Source: Polyangia bacterium (GTDB taxonomy: Bacteria > Myxococcota_A > Polyangia > Fen-1088). Taken from it: a stretch of DNA of 64,000 nucleotides. Positions 45,822-55,295 of this stretch are shown piece by piece; the first letter of the stretch is position 1, and each line of letters begins with the position of its first letter. Location: positions 26,693 through 90,692 of the forward strand of contig DASZRT010000151.1 in assembly GCA_035549075.1 (NCBI GenBank), in the 5' to 3' direction. The notes under the pieces were generated by a model. The model did no database searches. It worked only from the letters and a program-made list of their open reading frames with translations, and was not told the origin of the DNA. The translations under genes were made by a program, and so were the position numbers.

Positions 45822-46583
45822 TTGGCTCAGTCTCACAAAAGCTACAACTACTCGAGGAGCCATCGTCTCCTCGAGATTGTCGGCATCGCGGGCCTGTTCA
45901 TCCTGCTCGCCTACGTCGCCGTCCGCCTCGTCATGGGCGTGTCGACGATGTCACAAGGGCTCGCCGTCCTCGGGACCATCACGGTCGGGTATTTCCTGAC
46001 CGACTTCATCTCGGGCTTCGTGCACTGGGCGGGCGACACGCTCGGCAGCGAGACGATGCCGATCATCGGCGCGACGTTCGTCAAACCCTTCCGCTTCCAC
46101 CACGTGGACCAGAAGGACATCACGCGCCACGACTTCATCGAGACGAACGGCAACAACTGCATCCTGTCGTTGCTGCTCATGCTCCACGTCGCGATCCTCA
46201 TGCCGCGCTCGCCGGGCTTCTTCTTCTATTACGGCGCGCTCATGTTCTCGATCGCGCTGTTCACGCTGGGCACGAACCAGTTCCACAAGTGGGCGCACGC
46301 CGAGCCCGAGACGTTGAGCCCCGTCGTGCGCGGTCTTCAGCGCGCGGGCCTCATCCTCTCTCCCGAGCACCACACGACGCACCACACGGCGCCGTACGAG
46401 ACTTACTACTGCATCACGCACGGCATGCTGAACCCGCTGCTGGCGCGCATCCGCTTCTTCCGCCACGCCGAGCGCTTCTTCCAGACGGTGTGGCCGTCGC
46501 TGCTGTACCTCGACGAGCGCGTGAAGTTCGAGGCCGCCAAGCGCGCCGCCGAGGCGCCGGCGCCGACGGCGCAAGCCGGCTGA
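45822..46583 (+). CDS. carF: CarF/TMEM189 (Kua-domain) family membrane lipid desaturase homolog (plasmanylethanolamine desaturase-like)
   Basis: Four TM helices and clustered His boxes (FVHWAGD, FRFHHVD..RHD, HKWAH, HHTTHH, ITHG) as in the Kua/TMEM189 family. Confidence 0.55.
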   Translation: MAQSHKSYNYSRSHRLLEIVGIAGLFILLAYVAVRLVMGVSTMSQGLAVLGTITVGYFLTDFISGFVHWAGDTLGSETMPIIGATFVKPFRFHHVDQKDITRHDFIETNGNNCILSLLLMLHVAILMPRSPGFFFYYGALMFSIALFTLGTNQFHKWAHAEPETLSPVVRGLQRAGLILSPEHHTTHHTAPYETYYCITHGMLNPLLARIRFFRHAERFFQTVWPSLLYLDERVKFEAAKRAAEAPAPTAQAG

Positions 46584-46666
46584 CGACCTGACGCTCGTGT
46601 GACGCTCCTCCGGGCGCCATGTGCGCCTTCAGGCGACCACGGCCTCCTGCCGATGCTCCGCCTTCG

Positions 46667-47203
46667 ATGAGGCGCTTCGCCACGCCCCGAAGGCTCGCGG
46701 CCCTCGCCGCGGCGATCGCCGTCTCGGGCCTCGTCGGGTGCGCGACGGCGCCGCCGCCCGCGCCGCCGTCGTCGCCGAGCGCGCTGCTGGGCGCGCCGCT
46801 GCCGGCGTTTCGAAGGTCGACGCTCGGTGGGGCGACGTCGTTCGACACGACGACCGTCGGGCCGCGCCTGCTCGTCGTCGACTTCTTCGCCTCTTATTGT
46901 GGGCCCTGCCAGCGCGCGTTGCCCGCGCTCGAATCGCTGCACGCGTCGCGGCCCGACGTCGCCATCGTCGGCGTCTCGCTCGACGACGACGAGCCGCACG
47001 CCGCGCGCGTCGTCGCGCGCCACCACCTCACCTTCCCCGTCGTCCTCGACGGCGGCCACACGCTCGCGGGCAAGTTCCGCGTGACCGAGCTGCCCGCGGC
47101 CTTCGTCGCCGATCGCGGCGGCCGCGTCGTCTGGTCGGCGGGCCCCGGCGCCGCCGAGAACGCGCTGCCGACCGCCGTCGCGGCTCTCGAGAGCGCGCCG
47201 TGA
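46667..47203 (+). CDS. TlpA/ResA-like thiol-disulfide oxidoreductase lipoprotein (thioredoxin fold, CGPC)
   Basis: An internal ATG gives MRRFATPRRLAALAAAIAVSGLVGC. CxxC motif in FFASYCGPCQRALP. Confidence 0.8.
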   Translation: MRRFATPRRLAALAAAIAVSGLVGCATAPPPAPPSSPSALLGAPLPAFRRSTLGGATSFDTTTVGPRLLVVDFFASYCGPCQRALPALESLHASRPDVAIVGVSLDDDEPHAARVVARHHLTFPVVLDGGHTLAGKFRVTELPAAFVADRGGRVVWSAGPGAAENALPTAVAALESAP

Positions 47204-48474
47204 GCGCACGCGGACTTCTCGCCACGACGCTCGCGCTCGCCTCATGCGCATGGTCGAGCGGGCCGCGGGGCGCGCGCGCGATCCTACCGACGGCGCCAGC
47301 CGAGCTCGGCAAGTGCCGCGTCGCCGCGAGCCAATCGAGCCCGCTCGTCACCGAGTGGCCCGCGTCGGAGAAGGCGAACCTCGAGGTGCTCTCGCGCAGC
47401 GGCGCCGTCGCCGTCGCGTACTCGGGCTGCAGCCTGCGCGTGCTGCCCGAGTGCCGCGTGCGCGGCGGCTACCGCTGGCAGCGCTCGACGCCCGCGACCG
47501 ACTCGCTGCAGATCAACGACAGCGACGATCTCTACGCGAAGCTGCCGCTCGGCGCGGCGTCGCTCGAGGGCGAGCTCAAGCGGGCCGGCCAGCTGGGCGT
47601 CAAGACGGTCGTCTCGGGCCAGCTGCGCCTCGTCGACGCGAGCCTGAGCGACGTGCCCGCCGACGGCGCGTGCGCGCAGGCGACGCACCTCGTGACGGCG
47701 ATGTCCGTCGGCGCGTTCGAGCTCACGGCGGGCGGCTCGCGCGAGGGCAGCGCGAACGCGAGCGTCACGACGTTCGGCGAGGCGAAGCTCGACAGCCAGC
47801 GCGCCGTCGAGCAGCTGCGCTCGGCCGGCGACTTCGCGGCGTGCGCCGCCGCCACCGACGAGAGCCCCAACGCCAACTGCGCGTCGCCCGTGCAGGTGTT
47901 CCTCACGCCGCTGCCCGGCCGCGCCGCCGAAGAAGGTCCGCCCGGCACGGTGAAGGTCGACTTCCTCTCGGCGAACCCGTCGAGCCGCTGGGACGTGTAC
48001 GCCGACGACCAAGTCATCTGCACGACGCCGTGCGCGCGCTTCGTGCACCCCGCGCACCCCGTGATGCTGCGGACGCGCGACGACGGCTTCTTCTGGTCGC
48101 ACCCCGACAAGGTCGAGGTCGCGAGCTTCCTCGCGTACCCCGACGCTCACTTGCAGCTGCAAGCACACCCCACGTCGCGCGGCGAGCTCTCGACGGGCAT
48201 CATCTTCACGACCTTCTCGGGCGCCGCCATCATGTCGGGCGCCGCGCTCATGGGCGTCGGCTGCAGCAGCTCCGATCACCGCGCGATGTGCACGGCCGGC
48301 ATCATCTCCGGCGGCGTCGGCGCCGTCGGCCTCGCGGGAAGCCTGTGGCTGTTGTTCGACGCCATGCCGAAGGCGGAGATCGCGCCGTACACGGAGGGTG
48401 GATCGTTGATGGCGCGGCGGGGATCCGACTTTCGTTGGCACCTCTCGCCCGGCGGGGCATGGGGCACGTTCTAG
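47200..48474 (+). CDS. Lipoprotein, hypothetical (424 aa), translationally coupled to the TlpA-like gene
   Basis: GTGA overlap with the upstream stop. LALASCAW lipobox. C-terminal predicted TM/amphipathic segment (GIIFTTFSGAAIMSGAALMGVG...GLAGSLWLLF). Confidence 0.65.
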   Translation: MSARGLLATTLALASCAWSSGPRGARAILPTAPAELGKCRVAASQSSPLVTEWPASEKANLEVLSRSGAVAVAYSGCSLRVLPECRVRGGYRWQRSTPATDSLQINDSDDLYAKLPLGAASLEGELKRAGQLGVKTVVSGQLRLVDASLSDVPADGACAQATHLVTAMSVGAFELTAGGSREGSANASVTTFGEAKLDSQRAVEQLRSAGDFAACAAATDESPNANCASPVQVFLTPLPGRAAEEGPPGTVKVDFLSANPSSRWDVYADDQVICTTPCARFVHPAHPVMLRTRDDGFFWSHPDKVEVASFLAYPDAHLQLQAHPTSRGELSTGIIFTTFSGAAIMSGAALMGVGCSSSDHRAMCTAGIISGGVGAVGLAGSLWLLFDAMPKAEIAPYTEGGSLMARRGSDFRWHLSPGGAWGTF

Positions 48475-48484
48475 AAAGAACGAC

Positions 48485-49069
48485 CTAGACCATCGTCACG
48501 TCCGTCAGCGCGCCGTCCGCGAACACCGCGCGGAACACCGCGGTGTTCGCCAGCGGCGGCGGCATCGCTCCCGTCGCGCGCGCGACGAGCGCGCGGATCG
48601 AGCCGCCGTGGCTCACGACGAGCACGGCGCCGTCACCCTCGCCGTCACGCGTCTCCCCGGCGCGGGCGACGGCGGCCTCCATGCGGCGCCCCAGCGCGTC
48701 GTGCGCCTCGGCGCCGGGCGGCACGCGGCTCACGTCGGCGCGGTAGGCGGCCCAGTGCTCCGGATGTCGCGCCTGACACTCGTCGCGCGTCAGGCCTTCG
48801 AACAAGCCGAACGAGCGCTCGCGCAGATCGCGATCGACGACGAGCGGGCCCGCGCCGAGGATCGCGCGCACGATCTCCGCCGTCTCTCGCGCGCGCAGCA
48901 AGTCGCTCGTGTGGACGCGCGCGAAGACGGCACCGCGTAGCTTCTCGGCGAGCGCGCGCGCCTGCGCCCGGCCCGCGTCGTTGAGCGCGACGTCGGTGTG
49001 GCCTTGCCACCGCCCGTCGCGGTTCCAGTCGGTCTCGCCGTGTCGCGCGAGGTAAAGGACGCGTCCCAC
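48485..49069 (-). CDS. Histidine phosphatase family protein (phosphoglycerate-mutase-like)
   Basis: A GTG start 3 nt after the marR stop gives MGRVLYLARHGETDWN (RHG catalytic motif); the second His lies in VVSHGGSIRAL. Confidence 0.8.
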   Translation of the reverse strand: MGRVLYLARHGETDWNRDGRWQGHTDVALNDAGRAQARALAEKLRGAVFARVHTSDLLRARETAEIVRAILGAGPLVVDRDLRERSFGLFEGLTRDECQARHPEHWAAYRADVSRVPPGAEAHDALGRRMEAAVARAGETRDGEGDGAVLVVSHGGSIRALVARATGAMPPPLANTAVFRAVFADGALTDVTMV

Positions 49070-49074
49070 GCGCG

Positions 49075-49554
49075 TCAGCGTTTCGCTGCTTCTTCGGCGA
49101 GGCGCTCCTCGAGCACGGCCGAGAGCGCTTCGGCGAGCCGGCGCCGCGTCTCCTCGGGCAGCGCCGTCACGGCGCGCGGCGTCTCCATCGTCCGCGCCCA
49201 CAGCTTCTCTCGCAGGTGACGGCCCTTGTCCGTCAGCACGAGCACCTTGATGCGCCGATCGGTCTCGTCGGCGCGCCGCGCGGCGAGGCCGCGCGCCTCG
49301 AGCTTGTCGACGATCCCCGTGATGTTCGAGGCGTCGCAGGCGAGCTCTTCGGCGAGCGCGCTCATGGGCACCGGCTTCTCGGGATCGATCGAGCGGACGG
49401 CGTGGCCCTGCATGGGGGTCAGGTCGAACTCCGCGCACATCGCGACCCACCAGGACTTCTGACTGAGCAGAAACTCGATCATCACCGGCCAACAGTCGTC
49501 GGCCGACAGCTTCTTCACCCGATTTCGCCGGGGATTTTTGAGCTTGTCATCCAT
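49075..49554 (-). CDS. MarR-family transcriptional regulator
   Basis: Winged-helix core LAEELACDASNITGIVDKLEARGLAARRADETDRRIKVLVLTDKG; 159 aa. Divergent from the RND operon. Confidence 0.9.
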   Translation of the reverse strand: MDDKLKNPRRNRVKKLSADDCWPVMIEFLLSQKSWWVAMCAEFDLTPMQGHAVRSIDPEKPVPMSALAEELACDASNITGIVDKLEARGLAARRADETDRRIKVLVLTDKGRHLREKLWARTMETPRAVTALPEETRRRLAEALSAVLEERLAEEAAKR

Positions 49555-49579
49555 CCGCAGCTAATACTTTCACACAACT

Positions 49580-49625
49580 TAATAATTGACAACTTCAATC
49601 TTTATCGAATACGAATACCATCGCT
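49580..49625. promoter_or_regulatory. AT-rich divergent promoter/operator region between marR and the RND operon (TTGACA -35-like hexamer; ATTGA-N5-TCAAT partial palindrome; tandem CGAATA repeats)
   Basis: About 35% GC in a 70%-GC genome. TTGACA at ~49586-49591. GAGG RBS before ATG 49654. Confidence 0.4.
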
Positions 49626-49653
49626 TCACACCCACTGACCAATGAGGTCCGTC

Positions 49654-50760
49654 ATGAGAGTCCGTCCGTCGAGCTTCCTCGCGCACCCGCTTCCGCTCTT
49701 GCTCGCGCTCCCGCTGGTCATCTTCGAGGCGGGCTGCCACAAGTCGTCGGCCGAGGCGGCGCCGACCGAGGCCAAGCCGGAGGCCTCGGCGCCGGTCGCC
49801 GTCAAGGCGTTCGAGGTCCGCGAGCTCAAGGTGCCGCGCACGCTCACGCTCTCGGGCTCGCTCATCGGCTCGGAGGAGGCCAAGGTCGCCGCGGGCGCCG
49901 CGGGCAAGGTGCTCGCGACGTACGTCGAGCGCGGCGCGGTCGTCCACAAGGGCGCTTTGCTCGTGAAGCTCGACGCGCGCACGCTGGGCGCGCAGGCCGA
50001 GGAGGCGTCGGCGCAGGTCGAGTCGCTCAAGGCGCAAGCGGCGCAGGCGCAGCTCGACTGCGCGCGCACGCAGCAGATGTTCGACAAGGGCGCGATCTCG
50101 AAGGCCGAGTACGATCGTCAGCACACGGCCTGCACGACCTCGAAGTGGTCGGTGTCGGCGGCCGAGGCGCGCAAGACGCTCACGGCCGAGGCGCTGCGCG
50201 ACACCGAGATCCGCGCGCCCTTCTCGGGGATGATCGTCGAGCGCTTCGTGAGCGCCGGTGAGTACGTGCAGCCGGCGACGCCCGTCGTCGAGCTCGTCGA
50301 CGTCGACGCCCTCCGCGTCGAGCTCACGGTGCCCGAAGCCGACGTCGCGCAGGTGCGTCAGGGCATGCCCATAGACTTCCACACGGCCGCCAACGACGAC
50401 GGCCCCGCCTACCACGGCAAGATCCGCTACGTCGGCCCGTCGGTGCGCGAGAAGACGCGCGACGCCGTCGTCGAGGCCGCCGTCGAGAACCAGGGCCACG
50501 ATCTGCGCCCCGGCATGTTCGTGCAGGCGCACCTCGCGCTCGGCGTGCAGTCGCTGCCGGCCGTGCCCGCGGCCGCCGTGCGCACCGAAGGCTCGCTCAA
50601 GCACGTGTTCGTCGTGCAGGACGGCCGGCTCGAGGATCGCCTCGTCCAGGTCGCCGACGTCGTCGACGGGCACGTGCCCGTCTTGAGCGGCCTCAAGGCC
50701 GGCGAGAAGATCGCCGCCGAGGCCACCCCCGAGCTGCGCGACGGCGCGAAGGTGCAGTGA
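49654..50760 (+). CDS. RND efflux periplasmic adaptor (membrane fusion protein, AcrA/HlyD family) lipoprotein
   Basis: Lipobox FEAGC, biotinyl-lipoyl hairpin, beta-barrel and MP domains; 368 aa. Confidence 0.9.
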   Translation: MRVRPSSFLAHPLPLLLALPLVIFEAGCHKSSAEAAPTEAKPEASAPVAVKAFEVRELKVPRTLTLSGSLIGSEEAKVAAGAAGKVLATYVERGAVVHKGALLVKLDARTLGAQAEEASAQVESLKAQAAQAQLDCARTQQMFDKGAISKAEYDRQHTACTTSKWSVSAAEARKTLTAEALRDTEIRAPFSGMIVERFVSAGEYVQPATPVVELVDVDALRVELTVPEADVAQVRQGMPIDFHTAANDDGPAYHGKIRYVGPSVREKTRDAVVEAAVENQGHDLRPGMFVQAHLALGVQSLPAVPAAAVRTEGSLKHVFVVQDGRLEDRLVQVADVVDGHVPVLSGLKAGEKIAAEATPELRDGAKVQ

Positions 50761-50767
50761 GGCCGCC

Positions 50768-53700
50768 ATGCAGTGGCTCGCATCGATCTCCGTTCGCCGC
50801 CCCGTCTTCGCGACGGTGATGATCCTGACGATCCTCGTCGTCGGCATCGTCGGCTACAAGCAGCTCAACGTCGACCGCTTCCCCAACGTCGACTTCCCCA
50901 TCATCTCGATCATCACGACGCTCCCCGGCGCCGCGCCCGAGGAGGTCGAGACCGAGCTCACCGACAAGATCGAGGAGGCCGTCAACACGCTGGGCGGCAT
51001 CGAGGAGCTCCGCTCGACCTCGACGGAGGGCGTCTCGCAGGTCTTCGTGACGTTCACGCTCGACAAGAACGTCGACACGGCCGCGCAGGACGTGCGTGAC
51101 CACGTGAGCCTCGTGCTGCCCGACCTGCCCGAGGGCACGAAGCCGCCCGTCATCAGCAAGCTCGACCCCGACGCCGCGCCCGTGCTCTTCATCGCCATGG
51201 AGTCGAAGATGGCGAACCGCGAGCTCACCGAGCTCGCCGATCACGAGGTGCGCCAAGCGCTCGAGAGCATCGAGGGCGTCGGTCAGGTCACGATCGTCGG
51301 CGGCCGCAAGCGGCAGGTCCAGGTGTTCGTCGACCCCGTGAAGATGCGCGCCGCGGGCATCTCGGCGACCGAGGTCCAGCGCGCCATCGTCTCGCAGAAC
51401 GTCACGATCCCGGGCGGCGCGATCGAGACCGGCCCGCAGCGCCTCACGTTCCGCGTGCGCGGCCGCATCCAGAACGTCGCGGGCGTCGGCGACGTCATCA
51501 TCCGCAACGTCGACAACCACCCGATCCTCGTGCGCGACGTCGCGACCGTCGTCGACGGCGAGGAGGAGGCCGAGACCGCGGCGAGGGTCAACGGCGTGCA
51601 GTCCGTCGTCCTGTCGATCCGCAAGCAGTCGGGCGAGAACAGCGTCGCCGTCGTCGACGCGCTCCGCGAGCGCATGAAGGAGCTCGAGAAGACGCTGCCC
51701 AACGACACCCACCTGCGCGTCATCCGTGACAACACCGAATCGACGCGCACGTCGGTCGACGCCGTGCGCGAGCACCTCATCTTAGGCGCGATCTTCGCGT
51801 CGCTCGTCGTCCTCGTGTTCCTCGGCCACTTCCGCAGCACGATCATCGCGGCGCTCGCGATCCCGACGTCGATCATCGGCACGTTCATGGCGATGTGGCT
51901 CATGGGCTTCACGCTCAACGTCATCACGCTGCTCGCGCTCGCGCTCGCCGTCGGCATCGTCATCGACGACGCCATCGTCGTGCTCGAGAACATCTTCCGT
52001 TTCATCGAAGAGAAGCGCATCCGCCCCATGCCGGCCGCGATCTACGCGACCAAGGAGATCGGCCTCGCCGTCCTCGCGACGACGCTGTCGCTGCTGGCCG
52101 TCTTCCTGCCCGTCGCGTTCATGAACAGCATCCCGGGCCGCTTCCTGCGCAGCTTCGGCCTCACGATGGGCGCCGCCATCGCGATCTCGCTGTTCGTGAG
52201 CTTCACGCTCACGCCCATGCTCGCGTCGCGCTGGCTGCGCGTGAAGACGGGCGCCGACGGCCACCACGACAAGGGCCCATTCGAACGGCTCGTCGACGTG
52301 TTCTACCGGCCCATCGAGCGCCTCTACATGAAGGTGCTCGGCTACGTCATCGACCGCCGCTGGATCGTCGTCGTCGCGTCGATCGCGACGCTGGGATCCT
52401 GCTTCCCGCTCGTCCAGAAGGTGCCGAAGGGCTTCATCCCCAAGAACGACGAGGCGCAGTTCGAGATCACGATCCGCACGCCCGAGGGCACGAGCCTCGC
52501 GTCGACCGAGCTCACCGCCGAGCGCGTCGCGCGCGAGGTGCGCGAATGGCCCGAGGTCACGGCCACGAACGTCACGATCGGCGACAACGCCACGAAGACG
52601 CCCAACCTCGCGTCGGTCTTCGTGCGCCTCGTGCCGCCCGACCAGCGCAAGCTCACGCAGGATCAGCTGCAGGACAAGGCGCGCAAGGAGATCGTCACCA
52701 AGCTCCCGAAGGACTGGCGCGTCTCGGTGCTCGCCGTCGCGGCCTTCGGCGGCGGCGCGTTCAGCACGGCGACGGTCCAGTACGTCTTGACGGGCCCGTC
52801 GCTCGAGAAGCTCGGCGAGTACGCCGACGCGATCTCGAAGAAGCTCAAAGCGGTGCCGGGCGCCGTCGACGTCGACACGTCGATGATCACGGGCAACCCC
52901 GAGGTCGTCGCCGTCGTGAACCGGCGCAAGGCCGCCGACCTCGGCGTCAACGTCCTCGACGTGTCGGCCGCGGGGCAGATCCTCGTCGGCGGCCTCAAGG
53001 TCTCGCGCTACGAGGAGAAGGGCCGCGAGTACGACATCCTCGTGCGTGCCGAGGACAAGTTCCGCTCGAGCCCCGAGGCGCTGTCGCTGCTCACCGTGCC
53101 CTCGTCGAAGCTCGGCACCGTGCCGCTGCTCGACGTCGTCGACCTCAAGCGCGACGAGAGCCCGTCGAAGATCGACCGCATCGCGCGCCAGCGCCAGGTG
53201 ACCTTCCTCGCCAACACGACGCCCGGCGTCGGCGCCGGCGAGGTCGGCTCGGCGCTCGAGAAGATCGTCGCCGACATGCACCTGCCGGCCGAATACCGCT
53301 TCGCGCCGTTCGGTCAGTCGAAGGAGCTCAAGCGCACGGGCGGCGCCTTCATCCTGGCCTTCGGCATGGCCTTCATCTTCATGTACCTCATCCTCGCGGC
53401 GCAGTTCGAGTCGTGGCTCCACCCCATCACGATCCTGCTGGCGCTGCCGCTCACGGTGCCGTTCGCGCTCTTGTCGCTGCTGATCTTCGGGCAGGCGCTC
53501 GACATCTTCACGATGCTGGGCATTCTGGTGCTCTTTGGGGTTGTCAAAAAGAACTCCATCCTTCAGATCGACCACATCAATCATTTGAGAAAAGAGGGCA
53601 TGAGCCGCCGCGACGCGATCCTCCACGGCAACCGAGACCGTCTCCGTCCGATCTTGATGACCACGCTGGCGTTCGTCGCCGGCATGGCGCCGCTCGTGAC

Positions 53701-53965
53701 GTCGAAGGGCATCGGCGCCGAGTTCAACCGCGCGACGGCCGGTCCCGTCGTCGGTGGGCAGATCCTGTCGTTGCTGCTGACGTTGCTCGCGACGCCGATC
53801 GCTTATTCGTTGTTTGATGACCTGTCGGGCTTCGTGCGGCGCAAGCTGGGCCTCAAGGACCGTCCCGACTCCGAGACGGGCGCGAGCGAAATCATGCCGC
53901 CGCCCGATGTGATCCCCAATGTCCATGACGGCCACGCCGTCCGCACTGCCGAGGTGACTTCGTGA
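50768..53965 (+). CDS. RND multidrug efflux pump, HAE1/AcrB family (1065 aa)
   Basis: N-terminal MQWLASISVRRPVFATVMILTILVVG. 12 TMS with two large periplasmic loops; conserved TM4/TM10 regions. Confidence 0.95.
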   Translation: MQWLASISVRRPVFATVMILTILVVGIVGYKQLNVDRFPNVDFPIISIITTLPGAAPEEVETELTDKIEEAVNTLGGIEELRSTSTEGVSQVFVTFTLDKNVDTAAQDVRDHVSLVLPDLPEGTKPPVISKLDPDAAPVLFIAMESKMANRELTELADHEVRQALESIEGVGQVTIVGGRKRQVQVFVDPVKMRAAGISATEVQRAIVSQNVTIPGGAIETGPQRLTFRVRGRIQNVAGVGDVIIRNVDNHPILVRDVATVVDGEEEAETAARVNGVQSVVLSIRKQSGENSVAVVDALRERMKELEKTLPNDTHLRVIRDNTESTRTSVDAVREHLILGAIFASLVVLVFLGHFRSTIIAALAIPTSIIGTFMAMWLMGFTLNVITLLALALAVGIVIDDAIVVLENIFRFIEEKRIRPMPAAIYATKEIGLAVLATTLSLLAVFLPVAFMNSIPGRFLRSFGLTMGAAIAISLFVSFTLTPMLASRWLRVKTGADGHHDKGPFERLVDVFYRPIERLYMKVLGYVIDRRWIVVVASIATLGSCFPLVQKVPKGFIPKNDEAQFEITIRTPEGTSLASTELTAERVAREVREWPEVTATNVTIGDNATKTPNLASVFVRLVPPDQRKLTQDQLQDKARKEIVTKLPKDWRVSVLAVAAFGGGAFSTATVQYVLTGPSLEKLGEYADAISKKLKAVPGAVDVDTSMITGNPEVVAVVNRRKAADLGVNVLDVSAAGQILVGGLKVSRYEEKGREYDILVRAEDKFRSSPEALSLLTVPSSKLGTVPLLDVVDLKRDESPSKIDRIARQRQVTFLANTTPGVGAGEVGSALEKIVADMHLPAEYRFAPFGQSKELKRTGGAFILAFGMAFIFMYLILAAQFESWLHPITILLALPLTVPFALLSLLIFGQALDIFTMLGILVLFGVVKKNSILQIDHINHLRKEGMSRRDAILHGNRDRLRPILMTTLAFVAGMAPLVTSKGIGAEFNRATAGPVVGGQILSLLLTLLATPIAYSLFDDLSGFVRRKLGLKDRPDSETGASEIMPPPDVIPNVHDGHAVRTAEVTS

Positions 53966-55260
53966 AGACCCTTCTCAAGACGACCGCTCTGGGTGTTTTT
54001 CTGGTGACCGCGCCGGCGTTGGCTCAGACCGCGCCGAGCGACGGATCTGAGCTCTCGTTCGATCAAGCCCTGGCGCTCGCGCGCAAGAACAACCGCGCCG
54101 TCAAGGTCGATCGCGCGCAGCTCACCGCGGCGCAGACGGCGACAGAGACGGCATGGTCGTCGCTGCTGCCGACGATCGCGGCGCAGGGAAAGTACACGCG
54201 CAACTACAAGCAGGTGGAGTTCCCGGCGGGCACGTTCGGGCCGAAGGGGCTGCTCCTCCAGCCGACCAACCAGTTGGACGGAACGATCAGCGCGACGCTG
54301 CCGTTGATCGCGCCCGCGGCCTGGGCCGCGCTCAAGTCGGTGCAGGCCAACGTCGACTCGGCCGAGGCGAACTTCGCGGCGCAAGAGGCCGATCTGCTCG
54401 TCCAGGTGGCGCAGACGTACCTCGCCGCCGCGGGTACCGACGAGCTCGTCACGGCGCGCCAGTCGAGCCTGAGCGTCGCGCGCGCGACGCTCAAGGACGC
54501 GGAGGTGCGGCTGGCCGCGGGCTCGGTCACGAAGGTCGACGTCGACCGCGCCGAGGTCGCCGTCGTCCGCGCCGAGCAGGCGGAGCGCGAGGCGCTCACC
54601 GCGCGCGAGCGAACCTACCGCGGGCTCGGGACGCTCCTCCAGTCCAACGTCCAGAAGGTCAGCACGACTTTCCCGACGGCGCCCGCGCCGGACGCCAACG
54701 ACGTCCAGACCGCGCTGCACCTCCGCCCCGAGTTCCGCGCGCTCGAGATGACGGCGCGCTCGGCCGATCAGGAAGCCAATGCGCGCGCTTGGCTCTGGGC
54801 GCCGAGCATCTCGGCCTTCGGCAACGCGCGCAAGTTCAACTACGACAACTTCGCGCTGGATCGCTACTCGTGGGCAGCCGGTGCTCAACTCGACTGGCTG
54901 CTGTTCGACGGCGGCTCGCGCGACGCGGCCCGACACCAGGCCAACGCGCGCGCCGCGGCGGCGCGCGAGCAGGCCTCCCTCTTCGGCGACACCGTGCGCG
55001 ACGATCTCGCCAACACGTCGGCTGACCTGCGCACGAAACGCGAGGCCGTCAACGCCGCGCAGAAGTCGGCGGCGCTGTCGCAAGAGTCGCTCGACCTCAT
55101 TCGCACGCAGTACACGGCGGGCACGGCGACGCAGCTCGACCTGCTGCAGGCGCAGGACGCCCTCGTGAGCGCGAACATCGCGCTCGTCCAGGCGCACTTC
55201 GACGTCGCGGCCGCGGACCTCGCGTTTCGCCACGCCGCGGGCACGTTCCCGCCTAAGTAG
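53962..55260 (+). CDS. Outer-membrane efflux protein (TolC/OprM-like OMF)
   Basis: GTGA overlap with the RND stop. Signal peptide LVTAPALAQ. Duplicated alpha-helical/beta-barrel repeats; 432 aa. Confidence 0.9.
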   Translation: MKTLLKTTALGVFLVTAPALAQTAPSDGSELSFDQALALARKNNRAVKVDRAQLTAAQTATETAWSSLLPTIAAQGKYTRNYKQVEFPAGTFGPKGLLLQPTNQLDGTISATLPLIAPAAWAALKSVQANVDSAEANFAAQEADLLVQVAQTYLAAAGTDELVTARQSSLSVARATLKDAEVRLAAGSVTKVDVDRAEVAVVRAEQAEREALTARERTYRGLGTLLQSNVQKVSTTFPTAPAPDANDVQTALHLRPEFRALEMTARSADQEANARAWLWAPSISAFGNARKFNYDNFALDRYSWAAGAQLDWLLFDGGSRDAARHQANARAAAAREQASLFGDTVRDDLANTSADLRTKREAVNAAQKSAALSQESLDLIRTQYTAGTATQLDLLQAQDALVSANIALVQAHFDVAAADLAFRHAAGTFPPK

Positions 55261-55295
55261 AACGAGAGGCAACGGGGCACGACGGAGCGCTCATC

